From Camelus dromedarius (taxonomy: Eukaryota), in NCBI RefSeq assembly GCF_036321535.1, contig NC_087437.1:25298001-25362000 (forward strand): DNA of 64,000 nucleotides, given 5' to 3'. The notes beneath the pieces are model-generated. The model made no database searches. It saw nothing but the letters and a program-made list of their open reading frames with translations, and had not been told where the DNA came from. The number at the start of each line of letters is the position of its first letter. Position 1 is the first letter of the stretch. Below are positions 50,195 to 64,000 of this stretch, piece after piece. Made by a program: the position numbers and the translations under genes.

Positions 50195-52899
50195 ATACAT
50201 ATAGCTCTCTTGCTTTGTACACACCGTTCTCTTTTCTTAATGTTTTCTGACCATTCCATCAGTTAGTTAAAGTCTTATCAGTTTAGAATTCTCTAACTTT
50301 AGTCACTAATTATCCTACTTTTCCTGTGTACTCAGCCATTACTCTGCCTGTCTGCTATTCTACTTTATATAAATACATGCATAAATAAATACATATGTAT
50401 GTATATCCCTCTATAATTATAGCTAATGATTTAACTTTTGTTTTGGCTATGCGTGGAACTAAAGATTATATCATTATTAGTGTCCACAGCATTTGTTTTA
50501 CATTTTCATTATCAAAGTTAATTATTTGTTTAAGTAAGAAGTTCTCTTGAATTACAGGACTTGGGTAAAGGCAAGTGGTTAGTATTTCACAAGTCTTAAC
50601 ATTTCACACCAGGAAGCCATGTTAACACCTTTGATCTAGGTAGAAGGCCTTAATTAAAATAAATGTATTACAATAGAAGTGTTCACAAAGCACAATTAAT
50701 GAATCTGCTAATTGGCTTTTACTTTATTGTACATACAGCAGCATTAGTTCTGCATTTGTAAAACAGAGTTCTTAAGGTCAGGGAACCTATCTTACTTTTA
50801 AAAAGCCAAAATGCCTAGTGCAGTTTCTAACATATAGAAGGCATTCTTCCAGAGTGATTAAATAAAACTTTAATGAATCTGTAGCATAAATATGAAGATC
50901 TGTCTTGTTTTCCTTCCTAGAATATGAGCTTCTTAATGATCATGCTTTCTACTTCTTGTTGCCCATACTATAGGGCTCACTTCCAATAAACCACAGTCTT
51001 TTCATATAAAATAAAATAAATTCTAATCACACTTAGGTACATTTTAAACTGGGATCTTTAAAAGAAAAAATAAGTCAAATAGAAAAAAACAAAGATATAT
51101 ACTCAAAAACTAAAATCTTGATATAATACAATTTAAATAGCTCAGATTGAGGAATAATATAAAACTGTACTTCACAGTATAAAATTCTCATGTGGTGTAT
51201 TATTTCTTGTTCATTTCATGTCTTAGAGTGAAGGAGTTAAAAATCAGTCACCATTACTATTAAGACAAAATAGAAATAAAGTCATAACTTATAATCAGAG
51301 ACTTTAGGAGAAGTTCAAACAAGCAATTTTGAGAATTCAAGAGAAACCTGGATTTCCCCTTTTTTTTTTAACTTAAGCTTTCCAAACAGATCACTGAGGT
51401 TGCTCCATGCTTAGGATTTTTATAGTGGGGTTAATGTTATACTATTGAAACTAGATATTTAAATTATTTACTAAAATATCACTTATTTGGATGTTGATGG
51501 GACAAAGGATTTCTATTTTCCAAAAAAAAAGGCAATCTTTAAATCTGTTAAACTGCATCTGGAAAATGTGATTTTACCAAGATTAGAACCCATCTGACCT
51601 TTTTGAACTGATTTTAAATCTTTGGGGAGTTGCATTTGTTTATCCTTAGAAAAATATGACTTCCTGTTTAGGAAGAAACCTTCTAAAAAGCCAAAAGGTT
51701 CCTTCGAGATCAGGTAGTGCTATATGAACTTTTTCTGGAGTTGTGCATGAATTAATTGTAAACATGTCGATTTTATTTCCTCTAAAAAGACAAACTGTTT
51801 TCTAATTTTTTAATAAGGGAAAATACTGGCAAAAAGCCTTTCAAATTTGCTACCTATAACACTCTGAAAAAAAAATTTTAGAAATAAAACACATATGTCG
51901 ACTATACTTGAAAACAGAATGTGTTTTACCTTGAGTAATTGTGTGCTCAAACTATAATCATATATTAAGATTACCCAGATTTTTTTATAGCCCTACATTT
52001 ATGGTGAATTCTCTAGGCTTGAGGCATTTGAAAATTCAAAACTCTGAGTTTCTACTTTTTTCCAGTAACCTGAAAGAGCTGTGTCATGCTGTAATTATTA
52101 GTTCTGTTCGGCACAAATGTAAGTCAGGAAACAAATCCCTGGTATCTACATCTTAATGTAGCTTTGTGCTTTTTCTACTCATCTTGTGATAGTAGCACTC
52201 ATTTACTCATGGAGTAAAATACTTTGTCCTTTAAGAAAAGTGTCCGTGAAGAAAGAAAAAAGGGTCAGTTAAAAAAAATAATGAAAAAGCAATTAAATTG
52301 TTATAGGAGAAAACGCACAGGAAACACATGACTCTTGATAAAGGGAGTTGAAAAAGCTGGGAACCTAAACAAATATTTCCACTTTTGCAAGTTTGGAAAC
52401 AGATGTTCTAAGGAAGAACTGCTCTTCAAAGCCCGGGGACGACTTTTACTCAATACCTTCACTGCAAGCAACTAAGTGACGTTGAAATTTCAAAACAGAA
52501 GAGATTAATTTAAAATACATTTAAAATGGCTCCATTTACCATGAGAGAATAACACTAAAAATAACAGTTATTTACTGTTTACTGTGTCCCCACTGTGTTA
52601 GTACTTCAGGTCATCCACACAACAACCCATTATTTCCCTCATTATAAACCCGGGAATAAGGAGGTTCAAAGAGGTTACAGAGCATCCTCAGAAAGGTTAA
52701 GATCATCTGAGCTCATCAGCCAAGTCTGCTGAGCTTTATTCTAGTGTTTGTGAGCTTTAGTGTAAAAAATATAGATTTTTTATGTCTTGATTTTTTATAT
52801 ATATTGAGACACTGATTGCATCTGACTGAGCTTATCTACTAGGTTCCGTGTAAAATATATTTAAAATGGACAGAAGGTTTCATATTATTACTGAGTAGA

Positions 52900-53125
52900 T
52901 GGTACGTTAAGTGAATGGGTTTTGGAAACTTGAATGTCTGAGATCAAACCCTGGGTTGACCTCATTCTGACTAGGACATTCTGGACATGTTCCTTATAAT
53001 CTGTGGCCTCACTTCTCAATTGTGAGATGTGGATAGTGGTGGTACATGACTCAGAGCATAGACATGCGTTAAACACTTAAAACAGTGCCTGGCAGAGGGG
53101 GCGCTGTTCTGTTAGCTATTATTAC
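52900..53125 (+). mobile_element. MIR SINE
   Basis: agatcaaaccctgggttgacctc...ggcctcacttctcaattgtgagatgtggatagt...aacacttaaaacagtgcctggca...gttagctattatt. Confidence 0.75.
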
Positions 53126-54949
53126 ATACAGCATATTCCAAGCCCATTGTAACATCTGATGTCAAATTCTTTGTAATCGTTTTCCTCATTCTCCCTAGAA
53201 TTTAGTCAATATGGTCAGATATAATAATCAATAAATTAATAAGTATTCTACTGGGGACTTTAGACAGCAAAATGTGTTTTTTAAAGTGTTAGATACTGAC
53301 TACCTACTTGCTGTAAATGTTTTCACTGTTTATAGTAATATTTATTTTTCAAATTTGTCATGAGATATGTGAAAATAAGCTTTAACTAAATGCCATTAAT
53401 AGGTTTGTGTGAATATAATTATAATATAATATTCAGTCTGAGAAGAACTGGAAACAAATCTTCAAGTTCCACAGAGGAAGAATTACTCCATGTGATACAG
53501 TCTGAATTAAGCAATTTGAATTCTTTTTAAATTGGCATTTAACTAGTAGACAGAAAGACAAGGAAGCTGAGTCAACCTCGAAACATCCTGTATTTCACAG
53601 CAATGGTGTTGTGATCCTTCAAGTAAAGGGAGATCAGTTTGATGCCATTCTGAGCTCATTGTGCATTGCAGCATAAAAGGAAGAGGTGGGTGGTGGCAGG
53701 GCTGAGCTAGGAGCCTACTGGAAAGAGACGCGGCAGGAGGCGAGAGGAGCAGTTAGACAGATGGGTGGATGAAAAGACTGGGGTGCACAGAGAGGTGTTC
53801 AATGATGACGCAGATAAGAAGGGGGAAAAGGTTATGATATGACCCAATTACCACAAATAACCAAAGAAATAATAACTTTGAGAATAGAATGCAAAAGGAA
53901 AGATGAGAGGCTCATTGAGATCTTTTCTGGAATTCCTTTTGCAGCCCTCCTCAGATTAAGTCACCCATCTATAATTATCTCACTTGATCTCACAACTCTT
54001 CACTTGTGTTCACATATCTCAGTACAAACAAATAAAGCTACATAGCAATATAATTTTTGTTTCTTTTTCATTGGATTACAAATTTTATAAAGTGCTAAAA
54101 CTGTATCTTCTACTTCAATATTTCTCCATGCTGACATGAGTTTTCAAATATTGATCAGAATTTTTTTCATCATTGTGGGTTGGATTCAAAGATAAAGAGA
54201 AGTTATTTGGAATTTGGATATTGATAAAAATATCTGCATATTTCAGAGACTGCCTTTCATTGTTCATAAGAGATAATCATATTTTAATTATTATGTATCA
54301 TATATAATTACTATCAATAGAACACCAACTTCAGTCATTTAATAAATGACTCCAATCAAACATCTTTCACCTAAATATTTGCTAATTAATTACTTGATAT
54401 GTATTCTTAAACACCCTGCATATATGATAAATGCTCTGACAAGGTACTTATGACTTAAGTTTAAGATTCAACTTTTATTTTCTGTATTTAAAATTTTTGT
54501 AATACAAAGGGAACACGAATAGATGAACACATTCTCAAAAACCCTATACAATCAATAACTGCATAACTAAACCTCCCTATCTAGTTCCTATACTTATTGC
54601 TGCATTTATCATGTCATATAATTGGTTACTGTTTCGTGTGTTTGTTTCCCATACTAGACAAGGACAACTGATTTTATTATTTGCAATATACATAGTACAG
54701 GGCCTAGCACAAAAAAAATTGGTGAAGGAAAGAAAGAAGGAGAGGAGGGGAAGAGAGGGAACAGAAGGGAAAGGAAGGAGGAAGAAAAAAGGAAGGAAGT
54801 CAGATATATGTAAATAAGAGAAAATGAATGGTGTTATACAACTTGCTCCCATATTCTATTTAAGCAATAATTTTGTGGGACAGGGTTCCATTTGATTTAG
54901 TGTCCTATGAGGGGTCAAACAAACACAAAAATAGTGTCTTACATGTATA

Positions 54950-55450
54950 CAGCCTCATAATTTAGATAAATCTTTTATATGCCTAATTTGTTTGATCTTC
55001 ACAGTAACTCCATGAAACAAACCATTTCCTGTCCTCTGTTACAAAAGAAGTTGAAGTTCAGAGAGTTTAAATAACTTTCCCAAGTGCACCCAGATAATAA
55101 ATGGCAGAGTTAGAATCAAACTAAAATATTCTAAGTACACCAGCCTCTCAGGGACATAGTTTAAGTTGCTTTTTTTTTTTTCCAAGTTAATTGCACACAA
55201 CATTATGAATTCCTCAAGAAGAGGCCTAAAGTTTGTTTTATACATACCAAGGAATAATAATAACAACAACAGCAATATAGCTAACATATATTGACTGCTT
55301 GCTACTTGAGGATACTGTTCTATGAGTTTATGTGTATTTGCTTGTTTAATCTTGACAATAGCCCTATGAAAAAATGTACTATTATGCTTATTCTATATAT
55401 GAGAAAAATGAGGTGCTGAAGGGTGAAGTGACTTATCTAAGGTAAAAGAG
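54950..55450 (-). mobile_element. Two MIR SINE fragments (~54950-55135 and ~55265-55450)
   Basis: gttcagagagtttaaataactttcccaagtgcacccagataataaatggcagag; atagctaacatatattgactgcttgcta...atgagaaaaatgaggtgctgaagggtgaagtgacttatctaaggt. Confidence 0.75.
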
Positions 55451-57054
55451 TATAGCTGAGATCTAGCTGTTGTTGCCTAACATTAAAATGTCTCTGTCCT
55501 TCATATAGCATAAATATAAACTTAAAACAACAGAAATCACAGGTACTCATAATCCAGTCTGGAAACTTTACTCCAGTCTCTGAAGCCAGTTAGCTGTTTT
55601 TTGTTTTTGTTTTTGTTTTTTTGGAAAAGCACTAAGCTTGTTTTGTATCCACTTCTTTCCCATAAAATGAAGTAAAGACCATGATGCCCAGGCTAACTGA
55701 GTTCCGAAAACCTAGGAGGAAAACCCGCACACAAGCTTCACAGCACCGCAGCAGTAGAACAGAAAAGAAGAAACCAGACTGGAAAAGTCAGTGCGTCGAT
55801 TAGGAAAATGATGAGTCCAGAGAAGGGTAAGTATTAAAAAATAAAATATATATTCTACAATGATTTTAATGTTCAATATTTATCCTAGAATAACTGTCTA
55901 CAGCCCTCTAGGGTAAATCACTTTTAAGAATGTATTTATGATACTTTTTTTCAACCCTGAATGACTCCAGAACTTTGAAGATGGGCTCAGACCAGAGAGC
56001 AGTTCACAACTGTCAAGTGTCACAAAGAGGTGGAGGTCCACATGACTCTCAGATATCCTTCTGAACTGGCTCCTTTGCAACCCACCCCACTGTCAGTATT
56101 TGAAGCTCCATGAAGGGCAGACTCTCCAAGACTGCTTTTCTGCATTGACTTCTGAAACACTGAATTACCTTGATTTTCTTCTTCCCTTTCAACTCCTCTG
56201 CTTCTTGTTCTGATTTCTCAGTTTTTAATCTTGTTTTTTAAACATGAGAACCTTCTAAGGTTTAGTTCTTGATCCTTTGTCCTTCTTTTTGCTTAACTGT
56301 CCCTTGGGAAACTTGCACAATCTAAATGACTAACTAGAATTTATGAGATTATAAGCCAGACTTCCCCCTGCCTATTAGTCCATTTCAGCTGGATGTCCCG
56401 ACATCACTCAAGTTAAAAAAGTATAAACTCGAAAATGATGAAATTTTTCCCAAACCAGTGTTGTATCTGGAATACCCTACATGGTTCTGAAACTTGTCAT
56501 ATATATATATTTTACTTTATATATATTTTTTATATATATATAATAAAAATCAATGAATGAAACAACAAATACATGATTTTTTATGTTGTATTCTATCTAA
56601 ATAATTATTTCCAAATCTTTTGAATGAAGAGCCTTGAAGAAAGAACTGATCTAATATCAAAGTTTTTTAAATGTTAAAGATTTTTAAAATATTAAATACA
56701 GAAGGAGAATAATTGTAAGAGCAGTTTGCACTGCCCCTCCTGAGCTCTGTCTTTTCTATATCTATACTGACAGTCAAATACAAGGGGGAAGAAGGCATAT
56801 CCTATTAGTCAAAAAATACTTTTGGAACACAGATATAAATGTGTATTTATATCATATCTATCCGTATATTGTATCTATATATACATATATATCTTTGTGT
56901 CACAATTTTTCTCTCTCTCAATCTTGCTAGATTATCCCAACTATTGAAGTTTAAGTGATGGACATTATAAAATACAGTTTGAATAGTGCTCCCTGACTTC
57001 ACTCTTGTCAAAGTGCTGACATCAGCTTGAGCTCTGAACCCTGAAACTCCTGAG

Positions 57055-57225
57055 AGCATTCTAGAGTTGAAAAGCACACTGGGCATTGGGTATCAGTTCT
57101 TGACAGGCCACAGGTGAGCTTGCTGACTTTTCTCAGGCTACTAAATTCTACACGTTTCATTGTCCTTATCTGCAAACTGGGGTGTTGGGCAAAACAAGTC
57201 CTCGTGAACTTACGAATTCTACAAT
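57055..57225 (+). mobile_element. MIR SINE
   Basis: gttgaaaagcacactgggc...gtttcattgtccttatctgcaaactgggg. Confidence 0.55.
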
Positions 57226-58879
57226 GACGCGCTTCTCAATCTGGTTTTCAGACTAGCCTCACTCAAATAGAGCAGTGAGTGAATAAAAGAAGTAAAAAGC
57301 CGATTCAAAAAGCATATTTTAAGAGCTTAAACTGTGAATTATAATTATAAAGGTATTTAGTGCCCCACCAGAAGAGACTTCAGAAACATCAGGTGAAATA
57401 CATCGTTATCTGTAGACTTTGAGATTGGCTTCAGCTACTTTTAGAACTGTTCTTGAGTCCTCAGTAGGGGGAAAGTACTTTTGTATATTTTAAAATTTGT
57501 CATCAACTTGAGGATATATTCAATTAAGGTGTCATGTCTCATCTCAAGTGGAAAAACAAAGGTAAAAAGCCTAGCGGTACAATAGCATTTAACAGCTGAT
57601 AATAGTGTTTCTGCCTGATTTGGTGTAATTACCCGGACTGAACACGCTCAGCTTCAGAATCATAGGCAACCTTTAATTATCTGTTCCCTATCCTGAAGTG
57701 TATATATTTTTCGTGAGCTTTTAGGGTTAGGAGTCAAAAGAAAGTACAGCAGTTTGTTTTATTTAAACTTTAGTTTGTGGTATATTTCACAAGACTTGTG
57801 GGCAACAAGTAATTTATAATACAGTACCACTAACTTTAGCCAGTATTAGATAAGAAGGAAATATGCCAGTTTAACTCACCAACTCTATGGGACTTCAATG
57901 ATGTCTGCAAATGAGAATTTTTTCTTAAATATCAGACTGTTAGAACATTCTTCATCTTCATTTTACCTGTAAATAAAAGCAATTATTATAAAAATCTGAT
58001 GATATACTAATGGGATGAGAAGAAACATATTTCCTCCTCTCCCACCCACCTGTGGGTATGAGATATTGAAAGAGAAAGACACACACACACAAAATTAAGA
58101 AGTTCTGTTGTATGCATTCTGTTGCATGAATGCCATCCCTTTTGGCATTTTCTCTAAACAGTATAGTAAAACTTTCAATTGCTGCTCAATTATTTTAAAT
58201 GCCAAGATTAATATTTCATTGACTGCAACAATGAACCAAGACATGGTCACTTGGCTTTAGACAAATAATGCCAAACTTTGAGGTTTCACTGGCATCACTG
58301 GATCTTCTGTGACAGCAAATCCGAAAACAATGGTATAAGCTTCAATTCAGAGTCTCCGAGTACAGCGGTGCAGGTCATGCTTTACACAAAGGCACCTTGC
58401 TAATAAGGAAACCCGATTTCTGCCTGAGTTTAGCTCTTCAAGTCGTGGGGTGTGGCACGAAGCTTCCCCGAGATCCCACTCTACAACGCACAGAGAAGGC
58501 GACAACCCCTAATGTGCGCTAAGGAGCTGTCTACAAAGCAAAGGGCCTTAATTCTGTTTTTTCTCTAGCATAATATTCTAAAATTTTTATTAAATTATAT
58601 GCTGTATTGGAAAAGGCATGGTGTCCTATTTGTTTTTGTTTCCCCATCATTTAGCACAGTGTCAGGTTCTTTGTTTGTTTGTTTGTTTTTTATTAGTAGA
58701 ACCTGGAGACCATGAAGTAATGAACTTAAGTTCAAAGCCAAGTCTTTGAACCACTACAGGGCATGCCACTTACATGGAAGGCTATGGAAATGGCACCCCC
58801 TGGAGTTGTTCAACACAATCATATAACCGTAGATGGACTCTTAACTTTATAGTGGTGTACAGTGGCATATATTTTAAGA

Positions 58880-59100
58880 ATAAGTATAGTAATTAACAGC
58901 AGATAATGCACTTTTTAGCACAATATCTTACAATAGTGTATTTATTCTTCACAGGTAGCAAGTAAAGATTTTTATCACCACTTTTTATATGAATTAACTG
59001 AGACTTGGAGAATTAAAATTACTTCTTGCCTAAGATTACACAGCCAGTATTTTTCAGAGCCAAAATTCAAATGCAGGTTAGTGTGATGCCAAGGTATACA
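58880..59100 (-). mobile_element. MIR SINE
   Basis: aactgagacttggagaattaaa...cttgcctaagattacacagccagt...cagagccaaaattcaaatgcagg. Confidence 0.75.
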
Positions 59101-60202
59101 AGATTATAAACTATCCTCTTTTAAATAAATATTTGAAAGAATTTTATAGAGCAACAGGGTCTACATAATGATTGAGTCCCCTGGGAATCAATCTGTCATG
59201 ACAATTATTCCATCAGTACCAGCAGGGCATTTACGTAATCTTTCAATTAGTAAAATAACATGTCATACTAAATTGTAACAAATAAAAATGCACACCAGCA
59301 TATCTTGACTATGACTTTTGTTGGAAAAAAATAAAGTTTTGGAGTATTCATTAAAGTTAGTTTTTAATCTGAAGCCAAAACAAACAAAACAAATGACCAC
59401 CTAAGGTCTATCTGAGTCTGCTTGGTAGATACTCAGTTAGATTAGGACACCAAAAGTGGTGAAATATACAAGAGTGTCTGTTATTATTTTTTATTTTACT
59501 ACTGACTATAATATTTTTAAGATACCTCTTTCACATTATTCCATTTGATCCCATTTTATAGAAAGAAAAGATGTAGAGAAGATCAGTTACTTCTAAAAGG
59601 TGATGGTGCTACTAAGAAGAAATTATTATCAAGACTTGGACACTGGTCTTCTGACTCTAAGTAAAGAACAATGTCTATTTCATTGAGAATATTTTTGGCT
59701 GCTACTGACCACTGAGCAGGCTGGGAGAATAAAATATGTTTTCTGATACAGGCTGTATTTTATTAGCAAAGATGCCTACCAGGAGTTGGGCAATTTCGTC
59801 TCTTTAGATTTGGCTGGAAATCTTACACTGATCAAAGCAAAGCAAATGTTATTAAGTTATCTTGCTAACTTTTCATGTCCAGTGAGGCAGTGGAAGTAAC
59901 AAAGGTTACATCTGCTCCAGAATTAATTATTATCAAAATAATTTATTGATGAATTAGAGTGGCAGGAAGCTTAGAAGAAAAAAATAGCCTGTCACTTTAG
60001 TCAAGGAAGAGAACCCAAGACCTGGTCTCACATGCATCTTGGACTTAAGAAAAATTGATTTCCAGAAATGTAGGGGATGGGAAGAATTACTGTTATTATC
60101 AAATATACTGAAAGACAAGATATTTCAGTTAGAGAGAAAAAGGTAATAGCTGTGTACCATCCTAATAAGGATAAAACACAGGGGAAGAAGGCATTCTTTT
60201 TC

Positions 60203-60524
60203 TTTTTTTTTAATAAAAATTGTATATATTTAAGGTCTGCAAATGATGATTTGATATACATATACACAGTGAAATAATCACTATAGTCAAGCTAATTATC
60301 TCTTCACATAATTACCATTTTTTGAGTGTCTGAGGAGAGCACCTGGAATCTACTCTCTTATTAAATTTCCAGTATTCAATACAGTATTATTAACTGTAGT
60401 CATCATGCTGTACATCAGATCTTTAGATTTATTCATCCTATGTCACCGCATCTTTATACCCTTTGACCAATATTGCTCCATTTCCCCCACCTCCCCCGAT
60501 AATCATCATTCTACTTTCTGTCTC
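60203..60524 (-). mobile_element. L1MA8/9-like 3' UTR fragment
   Basis: attgtatatatttaagg...atgatttgatatacatatacacagtgaaataatcac...caatacagtattattaactgtagtcatcatgctgtacatcagatct. Confidence 0.85.
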
Positions 60525-62729
60525 AAAAACAACATAAAGGCTATTTACAAGTATGCTTAACACTTTCAGAAAAAGGAGGAGGAAAAGAACGTTCCCCAGG
60601 ATTGGAAGAAGGTGATGTAATATTATTAATTCTATCAGTATTGCACAGTCATACATGTGCACTGATGGAATTAGGATACATCTGGGTGTGATAGAAAATA
60701 AGCACTACTTCTGAATGCTATTTTGTTTCTGGCTTTTTTTATTAAGAAGAATGACCTTAAAACAAAACCCGGCACAGTCAACTGGATTAATAGGAAACAG
60801 AATTTCAAATTAAGTTAAGGCTAATGAGCCAGAATTATAACCTGATGTGAATACAAACTTTATATTTAAATAGTGATACTTCTACCTAAGACTTGTGAAG
60901 CCTTCAATACTCCTTAGGTTCCCTGTTCAGCAGCCCCTTCTATAAAGTGAATGGCATCAGCCCCATGATACTATAAGGAAAAAATGAATATTTAGGAGGC
61001 AAACATCTGATGTGTAGACCTTGTACACACACAACACTCAATTCCTTTAACTATTATTGTTACAAGACAAAGTCTTAGAAAGCAAAATCTATATCTAGTT
61101 ATTACAGTTCCATCCCCAGCGTTGAGCCCAAACACTTCAGGTTTACATAAATATTTGGTGAACAAACAAGCAAAGAAAAAGTCAAAATAATACAAGAGCA
61201 TTGGGCTGTTTTAAACAACTTTAAGATCCTGGGTTCTAACTAATTGCACCCCAGGAAACAAAATCTACACACAAAATCATGGCGCCATCTGTTAGTAATT
61301 ACTGAACTGTGACAAATATGACAAATTCCAGAAATATGGAATAAGGAAATACTTCAAATTTTTAACATGAAAAAAAGATAGATTCCAGAAACTACTAACT
61401 AGCAATTTAGAGGTTGATTCACAGCATAATTCTAGAATGAAGAGTTGAACACCAGGCTGTGAGCACTTCAGGAAATTTTGTTAGCTAAAGGAAGCCAAAA
61501 AGTGGAGGCAATCAAAAGAAATATTATATAATTGAATTTTAGTTAAAAAAAAAGTGATACTGTCTCAAGATAGCTTTACAAACACAAGGAAAACTTAGGC
61601 AGGACAACAGAAGTAATAGAGATTCATGGGTGCTTGAATAACAGTAAGCAGACAGGGTTCGTGATTGTTCTTAGCAGGAGGGAGTTCCCACAGGCTTGCA
61701 CACTACTGATGCTCTGCCTTTGAAAAAGCTCTGTTGATGATTAAAGCCATACAAAGATGGGAACCATGTACAGATATGAAAAACCCAACACTTTTCCTAT
61801 CAGCCCCAGCCCTACTGTGATGGAATTTTCCATGTCAACACACAATTTCACTGTCTCTCACAAAGAGGCACTAGGAGATGCTGAGTCTCCCCAGTTCCTG
61901 GTTTTCCTGTTCTCAAATTTTTTTCTTATCATTTTTCAGCTATAAGGCATAACAAAGTTGTTGATACAAAAAGGGTCCAGAGGGTAGGGGTTATTCTTAA
62001 ACCACGTCAGTCTAACATAGTGGTCACATTCTGGGGAACTTTAGGCCAGACAGAGCATGCAGGTATGTTGTGATTGTCCTATTGATGTTAATTTTTGTTT
62101 TTTACTGAAACTCATTCTAAAACTGAGGATAAATAAAGCTTTGGGGCAGGATAAAAGAGCAATTTCCTGGATTATACAGTTGGCTGGAGCTGAGTAAAAA
62201 TCACCTCCTTTAGAGAGGGCATGTGTTCCTCAATTTGCCAAACAAGCTCTCTTTACTAACCTGGTCTCTTCATCTCCAAACTCAGCTAAGAACCAAAATG
62301 GAGAAGTTAATGGGGAGACAAATCTCAATTTGTTACAAAGAAGTGTTAACATTAAGAGAGATTCAAAATTTATAGGACCTCCAGGTTCAAGATGGACTTT
62401 GCGTCTATGTGTTTACTTCCGTCCTTCCAGAGTGCCACTGTGATAACCTTATGAATATAAAAATAAATGTTTTAATAAATTGTATCATGAAGTAGTGAGT
62501 GCCTTGCTAAGCAGATTTTAAAGAAAGCTTAGCAAACACTTGTCAGGATGCTATAGAAATTGCTTCAGAATTGGATAAAAATTGAATAGATAATCTGTAT
62601 TTCTTCAAAATAAAAATTGTATATTTTTAAATAAAAAAATTATAGTCCAACTGATCAATCCATAAATACTTATTGTTTATGCTCTGTGCAGGGCAATAGG
62701 TATTAGTGTGATGTACTAATCTGTGGCCT

Positions 62730-63015
62730 CCACTCCTCAAATCGCAGTTGTTCCAGCTCCACCATCCAGCTAATAGGAAGGAGGAATGAGGAGAAGGGCT
62801 TGTCCCCTCCCCTTGAAAGGTACTTGAGGAAGTTACATGCACTATTTCTGCTGATATCTCATTAATCAGAATTTAGTCACATGCCAGCCAACTTGTAAAG
62901 GACTTGGGGAAATATCCTTAATTCAAGATGATTATGACTCAGCTAAAAATTGGGCATGTGATTACGACAGAAGAAAGGAGAATGAATAACCAGGGACAAC
63001 CAGCAGCCTCTGGCC
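62730..63015 (-). mobile_element. MaLR LTR fragment (MLT1-type)
   Basis: ggaagttacatgcactatttctgctgatatctcattaatcagaatttagtcacatg...gaagaaaggagaatgaat. Confidence 0.65.
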
Positions 63016-64000
63016 ATGGACCCAAAACACAGACCAGAAATGTAAATAAGAGTCTGAGAGAATGACAGCTTTCCTTCCACTGATGAGCACTGCAAGGAAG
63101 ATGATTTCCTCAAGGAAGATCCAGGGGCAGGCATGGTTGGGAAGGATCAGTGAGGTGATTGAGGATGAATGGGCGTCTAATGATCAAAGCACAGAAGTTT
63201 CCCAGAGAGTGCATTTGAAGTTTTGGGAGTTGACCGGGGAGAACAGTGGTGGATTGAGAAAAGTGAAGAGAAAATGGATGATCCAAGAGACTTACATCTT
63301 CTAATGATGGTTAGAGAAAATGGGGCCATAACTGGGTCAGCTTGCTGGGGATAAAAAGAACTGGCCTGTATCCTCAGCTCATTCGGACTCAGCTACCTTG
63401 GAAAGGCACTGAGAGGGTGCGACGTGGGAGGCCGGGCACATCTGAGCGCAGCTCTGCATGACACGTCTGCTAGAAGTGCAGGGATGAGGGGAGCAGGGGC
63501 ACCCAAAGACAGCCCGCTTTGTGGCGAGAGGGTATAGGGTAATGTTTCAAGAAAAGCGGACAAAATGGATAGTCTCCAACAGAATTTGCAAAATCTAGTC
63601 CCGAATTCTCAAACATGTGGGTAAAGAAATGATTAAGTTTTCTTCCTTCCTGTTAGCAGAAATATCCTCTAACAAGGAGGGAAAGAATTAGCATCAATAT
63701 GTGCACAGCAACTAAGAGAGCGATATACTAGCAGATCTGGACTGAATCATGTAGGTGCCCCAAGGAGGCTAAAGATTCGCTGCCCCTTTTAACAGATATT
63801 ATGTAAATATTTAAAATATTTATTTAGAGAGGAGACTGAGTGTCAAGACAGAAGGAAACAGAGAGGGTTCCTGGTGGCAGAGCTCAGACTCCTCGTCATC
63901 TGGCACTTGCTCCTCTGTCACTCTGCTCTCTGGCAAATCTGTACCTTCCTCTGGGGAACACTAAAGCCCTACAATTTAAAAAATTCTCCTTAGAAGGCAA

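Noticed and set aside
55690..55832. Strong plus-strand donor AAGG|GTAAGT at 55826
   Set aside because: No convincing upstream acceptor or recognisable peptide; an isolated donor is expected by chance.
1..64000. CRISPR arrays, prokaryotic systems, known miRNA/snoRNA hairpins, host gene identity
   Set aside because: Mammalian repeat-rich DNA with no regularly spaced repeat-spacer array. I recognised no known miRNA or coding exon; an Rfam/miRBase/BLAST search would be needed to exclude them.

Overview
AT-rich mammalian genomic DNA, most likely camelid (camel/alpaca/llama). The assignment rests on a short tRNA-derived SINE of the camelid Vic-1 type and on cetartiodactyl-type L1 3' ends. I recognise no protein-coding gene, RNA gene or CRISPR array, and the ORF-track entries are chance ORFs or broken L1 ORF2 pieces. 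The window looks like a large intron or gene desert. It is filled with transposon fossils: an ERV1 internal segment, two ERV1 solo LTRs, MaLR LTRs, L1, L2, CR1, an RTE-X-like LINE, MIR and hAT elements. Between these lie repeat-free, motif-dense islands that look like regulatory elements. Best leads: (1) a compact NFI/CCAAT/RFX X-box/TATA promoter-like module with a possible first exon at ~7.2-7.7 kb; (2) a MER41-like solo LTR carrying an overlapping GAS + NF-kB site at 21.6-22.2 kb; (3) homeobox- and EBF-palindrome enhancer candidates at ~30.5 kb and ~59.2 kb. I cannot support a claim of a new biological system from sequence alone. Repeat family names come from recalled consensus similarity, not a database search, and boundaries of old repeats are approximate.
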